The notes beneath the pieces are model-generated. The model was given only the letters and a program-made list of their open reading frames with translations, ran no database searches and was not told where the DNA came from. Shown here in pieces: positions 29,313-39,515 of a DNA stretch of 64,000 nucleotides. The position numbers were made by a program, and so were the translations under genes. Location: positions 448,001 through 512,000 of the forward strand of contig CBDBCY010000004.1 of assembly GCA_965203555.1 (NCBI GenBank), in the 5' to 3' direction. Position 1 is the stretch's first letter. Every line of letters starts with the position of its first letter. This stretch comes from Acidimicrobiia bacterium. Lineage in GTDB: Bacteria > Actinomycetota > Acidimicrobiia > Spongiisociales > ZC4RG35.

Positions 29313-30668
29313 ATGGTGAAAGAACGCGATCAGTCGGAAGGCGAGGAAGAGAAACCCTCACCCCACCCTCCGGGCCGACACCGCCTGGACCACGGTTGGA
29401 AGGCCTGGGGCGCCCACGTCGGCCTGCGGACCGTACTGGCGTTCGTGGTGGCGGCGGCGATCGCAACCGGCGTTGGTTTCACAACCCTTTGGCCGACCGG
29501 AGAGGGAATCGCCACGGCGACTGCCAGCGCGGATGAGATCGGACTGGCCACCGCCCGGCTCAGGGCCACCGTGCAGCAGATCCGCGATGGTCCATGCAGC
29601 TACTCGACTGTCGACAGCCCCTATAACTGCCGCCAGGTAACGGTCGTGCTCGACGAGGGCCCAAACCTGGGATCGGTGATAGCTCTACCCGAGTTCGACC
29701 TTGCATTCACAGCCACCGCGCCGCAGTTGGTGATCGGTCAGAAAGTGATCCTCGGCTACGAGGAGTCCACCGACTTCTACTTTTACGCCGATGCCGACCG
29801 GCGCGCGCCCCTTGCGTGGCTCACCGCGTTGTTCGCCCTGTTTGTGATCGCTCTGGGACGGCGACGTGGAGTGCTGGCGCTACTGGGTATGGCCGGCACG
29901 CTGGTGGTGCTGGTTGCATTCATGGCGCCATCGGTCCTCGATGGAAACGATCCGCTGCTGGTAGCGGTAGTGGCCGCGTCGGCAATTGCCTTCGTCAGCC
30001 TCTACCTCGTGCACGGATTCAACTCGATCACAACCGTGGCCCTGGCCGGAACCCTGTCATCGCTGGGGTTGACACTGGCGCTGTCGTGGGCCTTTTTCGA
30101 GTTCGCCCACTTCACCGGACTGGCCAGCGAGGAGGCCCTCACTCTTCCCTTCCTTTTCGGAGGTCTGGATGTCGCCTCGTTGATCCTGGGAGGCGCCGTC
30201 ATAGGCGCCCTTGGCGCGCTGGACGACATCACGGTGACACAGGCCGCTGTGGTAGCTGAACTCCGCTATCGCAACCCCGCTCTCAGCATTCGCCAGTTGG
30301 TTACATCCGGAATTCGGGTCGGCCGAGAGCATATCGCTTCCACGGTCAACACCCTCCTGTTGGCCTACGTAGGCGCCAGCATTCCCATCCTGATGTTATT
30401 GGCAGTGTCCAGCCAATCCCTGGTGATGGTGGCAAACTCCGAACTGATCGCGGTGGAGATCGTTCGTACCCTGTGCGGATCAATCGGCTTGGTGGCGGCC
30501 GTACCGATCACCACCATCCTCGCTGCCCTGGTCGTGGTAAGTCCCAGTCAGGGTTACCCGACGCACAGGGATCGTCTACCCCTGGCGACTGAACCCCGCT
30601 CACCCGCCCACAGCAGACCTAACAGTTCTCCGGATCAGCACCCCCGAGATCTTCCCATCGACCTTTAG
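29313..30668 (+). CDS. YibE/F family membrane protein
   Basis: IGALGALDDITVTQ, GIRVGREHIASTVNTLLLAYVG, EIVRTLCGSIGL. Confidence 0.9.
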   Translation: MVKERDQSEGEEEKPSPHPPGRHRLDHGWKAWGAHVGLRTVLAFVVAAAIATGVGFTTLWPTGEGIATATASADEIGLATARLRATVQQIRDGPCSYSTVDSPYNCRQVTVVLDEGPNLGSVIALPEFDLAFTATAPQLVIGQKVILGYEESTDFYFYADADRRAPLAWLTALFALFVIALGRRRGVLALLGMAGTLVVLVAFMAPSVLDGNDPLLVAVVAASAIAFVSLYLVHGFNSITTVALAGTLSSLGLTLALSWAFFEFAHFTGLASEEALTLPFLFGGLDVASLILGGAVIGALGALDDITVTQAAVVAELRYRNPALSIRQLVTSGIRVGREHIASTVNTLLLAYVGASIPILMLLAVSSQSLVMVANSELIAVEIVRTLCGSIGLVAAVPITTILAALVVVSPSQGYPTHRDRLPLATEPRSPAHSRPNSSPDQHPRDLPIDL

Positions 30669-30944
30669 ACAGGTCCATGCACTAACCTCGCTGGATCCGC
30701 TGTCCAAGTGTTGCCCTCAACCTAGGGTTCGACCGGAATACCCCCACGACCAGGGCATCTGCGGCAGTCAAGCAGACAGATTCACTGTCACCGGCCCCTT
30801 CGGTGTAGCTGCCTGAAAGTTCAAGATATAGCCGGGTTGGCCACCCGCCACCACCCCCGTCCAAGCAGCAATCCTTGCCTTCCCTCACCTTCCAGCCATG
30901 GGTTGGAAAGGCTATGGATATTCTTGAGTCCCGCTCAATGCCTT

Positions 30945-32159
30945 TCAGGCCCCCTTGTAGTTGATGCGCGCCACAAGTGTGTGCTCAACTCCCACCAAGT
31001 CGTCTTGATCTTTCATAACCTGCTCTATCGGTTTGTAGGACCACGGAGATTCGTCCACCAGTCTGCGGGCCTTGTGCCACTCCCAGGTCTTGTCCTTCAT
31101 AGCCTCGGTCAGTTGTTCGGCTGTGAAACGCTTTTTGGCCTGGTTCCTGGAGAGCACCCGGCCGGCGCCATGCGCCGCCGAGCAGTAGGAAAGCGGGTTC
31201 CCGAGTCCTCGAACGATGTAGGAATCGGTACCCATCGAACCGGGAACCACGCCGCGGTCCCCAAGTCCAGCCCTGATAGCTCCCTTCCTGGTCACCCAGA
31301 CGGTCCGGCCTCCATGTCCCTCCTCCGCCGCGTAGTTGTGGTGGCAGTTGATCGTCTCCTCCAACTTCACCTCCCCCATGTGGTTCCTCATCGCTCTCCA
31401 AACCACATCCAGGATGAGTTCGCGGTTACGCCACGCGTAGGACTGCGCCCACAGCATCTGCTCGATGTACACACCAAACAATTCGTCATCGCTCAAGTAA
31501 TAGGCCAGATCCCGACTCGCCCTTCTCCCCCGCCGAGCGCACTCCTGAGCGGAGACTTCAATATGATAGGTAGCAATTCGGTTTCCGATTCCTCGGCTAC
31601 CGGTATGGAGCACTATCCACAGCCGATCCAGCTCATCCGAGGAGATCTCCACAAAGTGGTTTCCTCCGCCCAGTGTGCCCAGCTGCCTCCCAACCCGGGC
31701 AAGTCCGTTTTTGGCCCTCGGCAAATCCCGGACATGGGGGATGGGGTTTTTCTCCAGCCACCGCGAAGCCGCCCGGGAGGCTGTCCGGTGCCAATTGAAT
31801 CCGGCCGGAACGCCTCGCCTGATCTCTCTCAGAATGCCCTGCGGATCATCAAGTTCCTTGAGAGGCCGGTTGGTAAGGGCGGCGATCATGCCGCAGCCGA
31901 TATCCACTCCCACCGCGGCAGGCACGATGGCCTTCTCCGTGACGATCACCGACCCCACCGTGGCGCCCTTTCCCAGGTGGGCGTCCGGCATCAGGGCCAC
32001 CGGCCCGGCCAGCACCGGGCTCCGAGAGGTCAGCAACGCTTGCTTCCTGGTCTTGTCGTCAATTATCGACGCCCAGTTGCGCACCCCGGCACCGCCATAT
32101 CCCCGGGAATCCTCCAGCAGCCGTCCGTGGGGGCTTTCGTTCGCAGCCGCCATAGCCAT
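30945..32159 (-). CDS. rtcB: RtcB-family RNA ligase
   Basis: MPDAHLGKG, VGVDIGCG, LGGGNHF, HTGSRG, HHNY, TRKGA, PGSMG, HGAGR, DESP..YK. Confidence 0.94.
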   Translation of the reverse strand: MAMAAANESPHGRLLEDSRGYGGAGVRNWASIIDDKTRKQALLTSRSPVLAGPVALMPDAHLGKGATVGSVIVTEKAIVPAAVGVDIGCGMIAALTNRPLKELDDPQGILREIRRGVPAGFNWHRTASRAASRWLEKNPIPHVRDLPRAKNGLARVGRQLGTLGGGNHFVEISSDELDRLWIVLHTGSRGIGNRIATYHIEVSAQECARRGRRASRDLAYYLSDDELFGVYIEQMLWAQSYAWRNRELILDVVWRAMRNHMGEVKLEETINCHHNYAAEEGHGGRTVWVTRKGAIRAGLGDRGVVPGSMGTDSYIVRGLGNPLSYCSAAHGAGRVLSRNQAKKRFTAEQLTEAMKDKTWEWHKARRLVDESPWSYKPIEQVMKDQDDLVGVEHTLVARINYKGA

Positions 32160-32392
32160 TGACGCTACCGGCCCGCTCGAAGATCACAAGAGGGTTTAGG
32201 ACTTACCGGCGCGAGAGATCTTACCGGCACAAGATGGAAGCGGTTCCCGATGGATGGGATGGTCAATAGCTGAGCAAGACCGGAATCCCGGAGTCCTCCA
32301 TAGGTCGGAATTTGCCGATCTCCTGGACGACCGCCGACCTTACCCACCTTGCAGGATTGGCTAATAAAGCAAATATCAATAGTATTAATACC

Positions 32393-33094
32393 ATGTCAGA
32401 TCTTCCCATCTCATCGCTTGGCACAAATAGCGGGAGGCCAATTCGCGGATCTGCCGCCCGTATGGCAGGGGCCTTCCTGGTCGTGACTGCCTTGATTACG
32501 GCTGTATCTGCTCTTACCCGAGTGTCCGCCCAGGCTGACTTCCAACCATCACTGCAGGAGTTCCTTGATGCCGTCTCTCTTCAGGCCGGACTTTACGGAT
32601 TGGGAGGTGCAGCACGATTGGCTTCCGGGGTGACACTGGTGATAGCCGCATGGTTACTGATGAACACCTGGATAATTCGTCAGCGACTGGGGTCACCACT
32701 GGTCCCAGTCTTTTTCATGATCTCCGGAGTTTTCACCGCCGTTTCCGGGCTGTGCGCCGCAATGCTGGCGGTGATCGCACCCGATACGAACACGTTCATA
32801 GAGTTCATTGCACTCGTTCGATGGCTCAGCGGCAAAGTCGGGTTCGCACTGGCGGGACTTGCCCTTATCGTCGCATCCCGATTCCAGTGGAAGGTTGGAG
32901 CACCCTTACGGTACATTGCGCCGGTTTCGGCGATCTTGGGTGTGGCTATGCAGTTCATCTGGATCGACTCCGCCACCATGATCCATCCCGTGGTGGGTAC
33001 TGCCTTCTTCCTCTGGCTCATCGCGGTGGGAGGCATGCTCGTCACCGGCCGCACCGAGAAGTTGTTCGCCCGGATGCTGGACTCCAAGCGCTGA
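32393..33094 (+). CDS. Hypothetical multi-pass membrane protein
   Basis: About 6 hydrophobic segments; AT-rich promoter-like sequence upstream. Confidence 0.7.
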   Translation: MSDLPISSLGTNSGRPIRGSAARMAGAFLVVTALITAVSALTRVSAQADFQPSLQEFLDAVSLQAGLYGLGGAARLASGVTLVIAAWLLMNTWIIRQRLGSPLVPVFFMISGVFTAVSGLCAAMLAVIAPDTNTFIEFIALVRWLSGKVGFALAGLALIVASRFQWKVGAPLRYIAPVSAILGVAMQFIWIDSATMIHPVVGTAFFLWLIAVGGMLVTGRTEKLFARMLDSKR

Positions 33095-33413
33095 ATTCCG
33101 GCCGCGATGGTTGATCCAAACCAACCCGACGGCCAGGTTCCTACCGACCTCCTGACCTGAGGCCCCTACTCCCTTGCATCTTCTCCCCAGAAGCGCTGAT
33201 GGGCACTGCCCTGTAAGCAGATGCAGTCACCATGATGACCAGGAACCCGACCGAGGCCATGACGGACTGGCAAGAAAGCGGGCGCCACGACGGGAGTCGC
33301 AGGTCAACCCCCGCAGCCCCACCGAAAGGATGATCCGATAGGTCTCGGAAACCTTATGCAGAACACCTGTCCTGGCCGTAGCTACACTTGGCAACCGCCT
33401 CCGACCGATCACC

Positions 33414-34388
33414 ATGGATTTACCCGCACCACCTCCAGACCAGCAAACCCCCGCCCCTGTCCTGCAAATCGAAGACCTTCATAAGAGCTACGGCGACATC
33501 AGGGCAGTCAAGGGAATCAGCTTTCAGATCGCCCCGGGCGAGAACTACGGGTTGTTGGGGCCGAATGGCGCCGGCAAGACCACCACCATCCAGATGATCG
33601 CCGGAGTTCTTGCCGCCGACGGCGGTCGCGTGACGGTGTGCGGAAAGGAACTGACCACCACAACCACCGCCGTCAAATCCCATATCGGCTGGGTGCCCCA
33701 GGAGATAGCCCTGTATGACCGGTTGAGCGCCCGTGAGAATCTGGCCTTTTTCGGCCGGATGCAGGGCCTTTCCGGCAAGGAATTGGCGCGACGCGTGTCA
33801 GAAGTCCTGGAATTGACCGGCCTCAGCGACCGGGCCGGAGACAAGACCATCAAATTCTCGGGGGGAATGCGCCGACGGCTCAACATCGGAATCGGGTTGC
33901 TCCACCAGCCCGACCTTCTGATACTTGATGAACCCACCGTGGGAGTGGACGTACAGTCCCGCACCAACATCCTTGATCAGGTGGCGGAGATGACCAACCT
34001 GGGGATGGCGGTGCTCTATACCACCCACTACATCGAAGAAGTGGAAAGGCTCAGCCGTAGGGTCGGCATCATCGACCATGGCGAGTTGATCGCCGAGGGA
34101 ACCAGGGCCGAACTGGTGAGAATGGTCGGCGAGCGAGACCGGGTTTTGATCACAGCTGAAGGCCGACTCGCCGATGGAACCCGACAGATCTCCACCCTGG
34201 AGGGAGTGCACGAGGCGGGTGAAACCAACGACGGAATCCAACTACTGGTTGATGATGCAACCCATCTTCTGCCGCGGATCATCGAGACGCTTACCCGGTC
34301 CCATGTTTCAGTGACCGGCGTGGAGGTGGAAGAACCCAACCTGGAGGCGGTGTTTCTTCACCTGACCGGTCGCGCCCTCCGGGACTGA
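33414..34388 (+). CDS. ABC exporter ATP-binding subunit
   Basis: GPNGAGKTT, FSGGMRRR, LILDEPT, TTHY. Confidence 0.93.
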   Translation: MDLPAPPPDQQTPAPVLQIEDLHKSYGDIRAVKGISFQIAPGENYGLLGPNGAGKTTTIQMIAGVLAADGGRVTVCGKELTTTTTAVKSHIGWVPQEIALYDRLSARENLAFFGRMQGLSGKELARRVSEVLELTGLSDRAGDKTIKFSGGMRRRLNIGIGLLHQPDLLILDEPTVGVDVQSRTNILDQVAEMTNLGMAVLYTTHYIEEVERLSRRVGIIDHGELIAEGTRAELVRMVGERDRVLITAEGRLADGTRQISTLEGVHEAGETNDGIQLLVDDATHLLPRIIETLTRSHVSVTGVEVEEPNLEAVFLHLTGRALRD

Positions 34389-34391
34389 CCC

Positions 34392-35576
34392 ATGCGGGAC
34401 ATCGCCTGGATCGTTCTCAAGGACCTTCGCCAGCAAATTCGTGATCGAACCATCCTCATCTTCGGGCTCATCGCCCCGCTGGTGATCGCCGCCGCTCTCA
34501 GCCTGGCCTTCGGAGACCTCTTCCAGAACGACGAAGCCGTGATCTTCGAATTCGGGTTGTCCAATGCCGACTCGGGAGGCGCCGTCTCGGAAGGTTTCTC
34601 CCAAGCCGTGGCGCAACTGGAAAGGGAGGGCCTGTTGGACATAACTTTCTATCGCGATCGGCCATCGTTGGACTTGGCGGTGAAGCAAAACCGCGTCGAT
34701 GCGGGATTCTTCATACCCGACGGGTTCAGCCAGGCCATCGTCGAAGGATCCGACGTGCAGATAACGGTGGTGGCCAATCCCGATTCGGCAATCATCACCG
34801 CAGTGGCAGGTTCGATCGCCGAGCAATTCATTCTGGACGTTGCCTCGGCCAGCGCCTCCGCCGCCACCGCCGCCATTCTGGCAGGATTCGGTCCCGAGCA
34901 GATGATCCAGTTGGGCATGGTCGCCTCCCAGGCCCCGCCCACCGCCCAGTTGGCATCTGTACAGGCGCAGGTTCGTCAATTGGATGGGGCCACCTACTAC
35001 TCGGCGGGGGCAGCCATATTCTTCACCATGTTCGTGGTGGGTACCGGCCTGCTCAGCCTTTTGGAGGAGCGGAAACGTCACACTCTGGCCAGACTGCTGT
35101 CCACTCCCATCTCGCCGGGTCGCATTCTGGCCGCCAAGTTCCTTCTTTCCTTCACGGTGGGGGTGGGCAGCGTGGCTTTGTTCATGCTGTTTTCCCGGTT
35201 CTTGCTGGGGGCCGACTGGGTGGACCTCCCCGTCACCGCCCTGTTGGTGATAGCCGCGGTGGCAGCGGCCTCCGGCATCGTGTCCCTGGTGGCGGGGTTG
35301 GCCCGCACCGCCGAACAGGCCCAGAACTTCCAGTCGGTGGTGGCGGTGACCATGGGAATCCTGGGGGGTACGTTCTTTCCGATCGCGGGCGGCAGCGCTT
35401 TCCTGAACGCCCTTTCCCTGGTGACTCCCCACGCCTGGTTCATGCGGGGTCTGAGAGACCTCAGTGGTGGCGGGGGCCTGCCCGAAGTAGCAATCCCACT
35501 GCTGGTGCTGGGCGGCATTGCGGTGGGGACCCTTACCCTCAGCGTCTTTGGCGCCCGGCGGAGCCTGCGGGTATGA
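34392..35576 (+). CDS. ABC-2 type permease
   Basis: KDLRQ..RDR, EER...TL.RL..TP, LGGTFFP, TPHAW. Confidence 0.88.
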   Translation: MRDIAWIVLKDLRQQIRDRTILIFGLIAPLVIAAALSLAFGDLFQNDEAVIFEFGLSNADSGGAVSEGFSQAVAQLEREGLLDITFYRDRPSLDLAVKQNRVDAGFFIPDGFSQAIVEGSDVQITVVANPDSAIITAVAGSIAEQFILDVASASASAATAAILAGFGPEQMIQLGMVASQAPPTAQLASVQAQVRQLDGATYYSAGAAIFFTMFVVGTGLLSLLEERKRHTLARLLSTPISPGRILAAKFLLSFTVGVGSVALFMLFSRFLLGADWVDLPVTALLVIAAVAAASGIVSLVAGLARTAEQAQNFQSVVAVTMGILGGTFFPIAGGSAFLNALSLVTPHAWFMRGLRDLSGGGGLPEVAIPLLVLGGIAVGTLTLSVFGARRSLRV

Positions 35577-36739
35577 AAACACTGGCGATCGGCTGGGTCT
35601 ACGTGCTACGCATCCTGCGAGAGCCCGCTTCGTTGTTCTTCTTTTTCCTGTTCCCGATGCTGATGGTGTTCATAATCGGTATCCAGTTCGGAGGTCAGGG
35701 TGGGACGGTGCAGCTGGGTATCTCCGGCGACACGACCCAGGCCATCACCGGCAAGATCACCGACAACCTGGAAGGCAACGAGGCGTTGCGTCTGGTGTTC
35801 TATGAAGACGAGTCCGAGATGTTGAGGGCGGTGGAACGAGGCGTCATCACCGCCGGAACGGTTTTCCCTCCCCGGATAGCAGCCAGGGTGGCGGCAGGAG
35901 AGCCGGTGCTGATCGGCTTCGTGTCGGCGCCCACCGGCCTGGGGCCGCAAATGGAAGCCACTGTCCGGTACGCGATCACAGAGGTCCTCATTCCCTATCG
36001 AGCGGCCCGATTCGCGGTTGACATCCTGGGGGTCGAATTCCAACAGAGCTGGGCGTTGGCTACTCAGGTGGTGGAGGAGGTCGATCTGGCTACCGTCTCC
36101 ATCGAGGCGGTGGGCGAATCACTGTTTCCCCCAGACATGGGGCGGTTCGATGGAGGCGCAGCCTCCAACCTGGTGCTGTTTATGTTCCTCACCGCCCTGA
36201 CAGGGGCCACCGCCATGGTGACTGATCGAGAAACAGGCCTGGACACCCGCATCGTCTCCACCCCCACTTCCGTCGGACGACTGCTGTCAGGATATGTTGC
36301 CGGTCAATTCGGAATCACCTTCTTCCAAGGTGTCTACATAATGGTGCTCAGCTTGGCTATCTTCGGTGTCGATTGGAAGAACCCGGGTGCGACACTACTC
36401 CTGATGATGGCCCTGTCTTTGGCCGGGGCGGGCGCCGGGATGCTGTTGGGGTCCTTCCGGATGGCCGAAGCCGCCACCATCGGGCTGGGGGTGACCAGCG
36501 CACTGGTGCTGGGCGCGCTGGGAGGTGCGATGGTTCCGCTGGAGGTTTTGCCTGACGCTATCAAGACGGTTGCCAGATTCACACCCCAAGGATGGGCCAT
36601 GCTCGGCTTCCGAGATCTTCAATGGGATGGTTCGATACTCGACATCGCCGACAATGTGGCGGTGCTGGTCGGTATAGGAGTGGTCCTGGCCGCGGCCGCC
36701 TCCATTGGGCTTCGCCGGACCCTCACGCGCCCCTCCTGA
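35573..36739 (+). CDS. ABC-2 type permease
   Basis: Same layout as the preceding gene; DRETG..R..STP, LGGAMVP, TPQGWA; ATGA overlap. Confidence 0.88.
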   Translation: MKTLAIGWVYVLRILREPASLFFFFLFPMLMVFIIGIQFGGQGGTVQLGISGDTTQAITGKITDNLEGNEALRLVFYEDESEMLRAVERGVITAGTVFPPRIAARVAAGEPVLIGFVSAPTGLGPQMEATVRYAITEVLIPYRAARFAVDILGVEFQQSWALATQVVEEVDLATVSIEAVGESLFPPDMGRFDGGAASNLVLFMFLTALTGATAMVTDRETGLDTRIVSTPTSVGRLLSGYVAGQFGITFFQGVYIMVLSLAIFGVDWKNPGATLLLMMALSLAGAGAGMLLGSFRMAEAATIGLGVTSALVLGALGGAMVPLEVLPDAIKTVARFTPQGWAMLGFRDLQWDGSILDIADNVAVLVGIGVVLAAAASIGLRRTLTRPS

Positions 36740-36784
36740 GCCTCGACTCCTGGCTTGCTCCTGATGCCCGAAGGTTGGGACAGG

Positions 36785-37678
36785 TCAGATCTTGAACCGG
36801 ATGGCCGACGGCAGGCTGGAGACTCTCATCGGGGTGTAGCCGACCATGTCCCCGTCCGCTTCCACCGGCCAGGGTGGATCGGTGTCGACCTCGAAACTCT
36901 CCCAACTCCTCCTCTGCACCCAGCGTTCCTTCAGATGCATACCCTTGACGATCTTGGGCACCACCACCGGAAGTTGGGTCTTGCGGGGAGTGAAGACCTG
37001 AACGTCCAAACGGTTGTCCACCAGATTGGCTTTGGGGGCGATATTCCACTTCCAGGCAAAGAACTGGGCATTGGCTACGATCACCGCCAGGGCGTCGCCG
37101 GTCAGCGTCCGCCGGGGACCCTGAACCCGCACCACGGCCCGGGGGAACCGGGGTAACCGGGCTGCAAAAGCCAGTCCGTAGCGGGCAGCGCCCAGCCAAC
37201 CAGGGAGCTTTCCGGCAGTCTCGGCAGCCGCGGCGCCCACTCCCGCCTCGGCGACATTGACGAAGAACCGTCTCCCCCACTCTCCTTCCAGGCATCCCAC
37301 GTCGATGTCGTACCACAGGGACGTGCCCAGCCGGGAGACAGCCTCATCCAGGCGGCGGGACAGACCGAAAGTGCGGATGAAATCACAGGCGGTGCCGCTG
37401 GGCAGCATCGCCACCCGGGGTGGGTCCGACCACTGCTCGCCGCACAGTGCATCCACGGTCAGACTGAGAGTCCCGTCACCCCCCGCCACCACCACCCTGC
37501 CTTCCGAAGAAACCACTTCCAGCACCCGGTCGGACATTTCTCGGGCCGACCGTGGCGACTCGATGCGGCCTCTCAATCCCCGGCCGATCAGCAGGTCTTC
37601 CAGAGCCTGCACGGAAACCGTCCCGCGCCCCGCTTTTTGATTGAGAAGTACGGTCCAGTCGGTGAAACTCTCCGCCAC
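36785..37678 (-). CDS. Diacylglycerol/lipid kinase family protein (YegS/DagK-like)
   Basis: LN.KAGRG, AGGDGTL, LPSGT.CDF, FVN.A..G, EADGD. Confidence 0.88.
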   Translation of the reverse strand: MAESFTDWTVLLNQKAGRGTVSVQALEDLLIGRGLRGRIESPRSAREMSDRVLEVVSSEGRVVVAGGDGTLSLTVDALCGEQWSDPPRVAMLPSGTACDFIRTFGLSRRLDEAVSRLGTSLWYDIDVGCLEGEWGRRFFVNVAEAGVGAAAAETAGKLPGWLGAARYGLAFAARLPRFPRAVVRVQGPRRTLTGDALAVIVANAQFFAWKWNIAPKANLVDNRLDVQVFTPRKTQLPVVVPKIVKGMHLKERWVQRRSWESFEVDTDPPWPVEADGDMVGYTPMRVSSLPSAIRFKI

Positions 37679-37702
37679 CGGTCTGAAAGCCGCTTTGAGG
37701 CG

Positions 37703-37939
37703 CTAGGCCAAGATCCAGATGAGAGCGATGGTGGTGACGGCGAAGCCGATGACCGTTACGACGGTGAGGCGGCTGAGATTGCGTTCCGCCACGACGGAGC
37801 CTCCCATGGATGAACTCATCCCACCTCCGAATGCATCGGAGAGACCCCCTCCTCGCCCGGAGTGCAACAGGATCAATATGATCAAACCCAGCGAGAGGAG
37901 TACATGAACCGTGATCACCACAACTTGCAAGATAGCCAT
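37703..37939 (-). CDS. secG: Preprotein translocase SecG
   Basis: ILLHSGRGGGLSDAFGGG..SS..GS.VAERNL.R.T; downstream of tpiA. Confidence 0.93.
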   Translation of the reverse strand: MAILQVVVITVHVLLSLGLIILILLHSGRGGGLSDAFGGGMSSSMGGSVVAERNLSRLTVVTVIGFAVTTIALIWILA

Positions 37940-37945
37940 GACTTC

Positions 37946-38692
37946 CTATTCTATCGCGGCTTGCGCCGCCACCGCCGCCGCGGCCGCGGCCGCTGCCTCG
38001 GGGTCGCCCAGGTACCTGGAGCCGGCCGGGCGGAGGTCGCCGTCGAGGTCATAGAGCAGGGGGATCCCGGTGGGAATGTTCAACGAGGTTATTTCCTGTT
38101 CCGAAATGTCCTCCAGATGCTTCAGGAGGGCGCGAAGACTGTTTCCGTGCGCCACCACCAGAGGCGACAGTCCCCGCCGCAACTGGGGAACGATTCGATC
38201 GTGCCAATAGGGGAGAAAGCGGGCAACGACGTCCTTTAGGCATTCGGTGGCGGGAAGCACCTCGGGGGCCAGGTCGGCGTAGGCCGAATCGAAGCGGGGA
38301 TGGCGGGGGTCGTCGGATTCGAGGGCCGGTGGTTGAACGTCATAGCTGCGCCGCCAAACCTGGACCTGCTCCGCTCCGTGCCGGCGGGCCGTCTGCTTCT
38401 TGTTCAATCCCTGGAGGGCCCCGTAGTGCCTCTCGTTGAGCCGCCAGTGCCGCATCACCGGAAGCCAGGACAACCCCATCCGGGTCAGGGCTATCTCGGC
38501 GGTACGTATGGATCGCAACAACAACGAGGTGTGCACCACGTCGAGCCGCAACTCTTCTTCTTTCATGAGCCTCCCCGCCGACCGGGCCTCGGCCTCGCCC
38601 TGCGGAGTAAGGTCGACATCGGTCCAGCCGGAGAATTGATTGGAGAGATTCCACTCCGATTGTCCGTGCCTAAGCAACACCATGCGATACAT
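37946..38692 (-). CDS. gpmA: 2,3-bisphosphoglycerate-dependent phosphoglycerate mutase
   Basis: [39 protein letters not shown]. Confidence 0.95.
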   Translation of the reverse strand: MYRMVLLRHGQSEWNLSNQFSGWTDVDLTPQGEAEARSAGRLMKEEELRLDVVHTSLLLRSIRTAEIALTRMGLSWLPVMRHWRLNERHYGALQGLNKKQTARRHGAEQVQVWRRSYDVQPPALESDDPRHPRFDSAYADLAPEVLPATECLKDVVARFLPYWHDRIVPQLRRGLSPLVVAHGNSLRALLKHLEDISEQEITSLNIPTGIPLLYDLDGDLRPAGSRYLGDPEAAAAAAAAVAAQAAIE

Positions 38693-38741
38693 CAAGAGTC
38701 AGCCTACCGGAATCGCCCCCTCACAGAATCGAGGCGCCTGA

Positions 38742-39359
38742 TCAGGCTGAGCGGTTCGCTCGAGCACGCAGAGAGAGACCCTCCCGGATTATCGATCGAG
38801 TTTGGGCGTCGACCCTCCGGGATCGAGCAAGCCTTGATAGAGATCCGATCGGCAAGTTGACCAATGCCCAGCCGAACGCAGCCGGATCCTTACTTCGGAT
38901 CAACCGCTCTGCAACCTTGTGAGCGTCATCGGGCAGAACCAGCTTTCTCGGATTGGTATTCCAGAAGTGGCGCCAAAAGCGATGCGGGACATTTCGAGCC
39001 GACGGAAGCCGGTCACCCTCCCCGTCGGGCGGCGCACCCCGGGAGAAAGCCGGAAGCACACGCACAACCCTGGGACAGAAGTTCAAGATCCAAACTCTCC
39101 CCTCTTCCTTCCCGACAGATCCGCGAATGTCAAGTCTTACCATGTCGGCATCCAGCAGACACCTCAGAATCCGGCCCGTGGTAGTGGGGGGAATCTCAGC
39201 CGCTCTGGCCACATCGGCGATAGTGGGGAACCCGAAGGGCCTCCTGGCGAGAGCGGCCAGGACTTTCCAATCCCTGGCTGACAGGGAGTTCACGCCTTTG
39301 TCGGTTGATCCGCCCAGAGGCACCGGGTTCCAGTCACTGACCCTGTTCCCCATACTCAT
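38742..39359 (-). CDS. HTH + DUF6922-like protein (orphan antitoxin-like)
   Basis: IADVARAAEIPPTTTGRIL HTH; FWRHFWNTNPRKL...VAERL; SD GAGGAGG upstream. Confidence 0.6.
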   Translation of the reverse strand: MSMGNRVSDWNPVPLGGSTDKGVNSLSARDWKVLAALARRPFGFPTIADVARAAEIPPTTTGRILRCLLDADMVRLDIRGSVGKEEGRVWILNFCPRVVRVLPAFSRGAPPDGEGDRLPSARNVPHRFWRHFWNTNPRKLVLPDDAHKVAERLIRSKDPAAFGWALVNLPIGSLSRLARSRRVDAQTRSIIREGLSLRARANRSA

Positions 39360-39515
39360 TACACCTCCTCACTCTAACGCGAGAATGATATATTTGTGCT
39401 ATTTAGGGGATTTGCCATTCACCCGCGTTGCATCACATGGGAATAATACCTTTGGGCACTCTCGATCACCGGGTGGATTCGCTACCAGGAGAATGCACCC
39501 CTGCCGTCCTCTCTC

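Noticed and set aside
30669-30944. Region downstream of rtcB, checked for tRNA-like or Y-RNA-like genes
   Set aside because: No convincing cloverleaf or conserved stem seen by eye; an Infernal/Rfam scan would be needed.
30837-32162. 441-aa + strand ORF
   Set aside because: Antisense to rtcB; no recognisable motifs.
32202-32228. CTTACCGGC direct repeat upstream of rtcB
   Set aside because: Only two 9-bp copies; could be an operator but is compatible with chance.
37960-38000. GCC-rich low-complexity run
   Set aside because: Encodes the usual Ala-rich C-terminal tail of GpmA.
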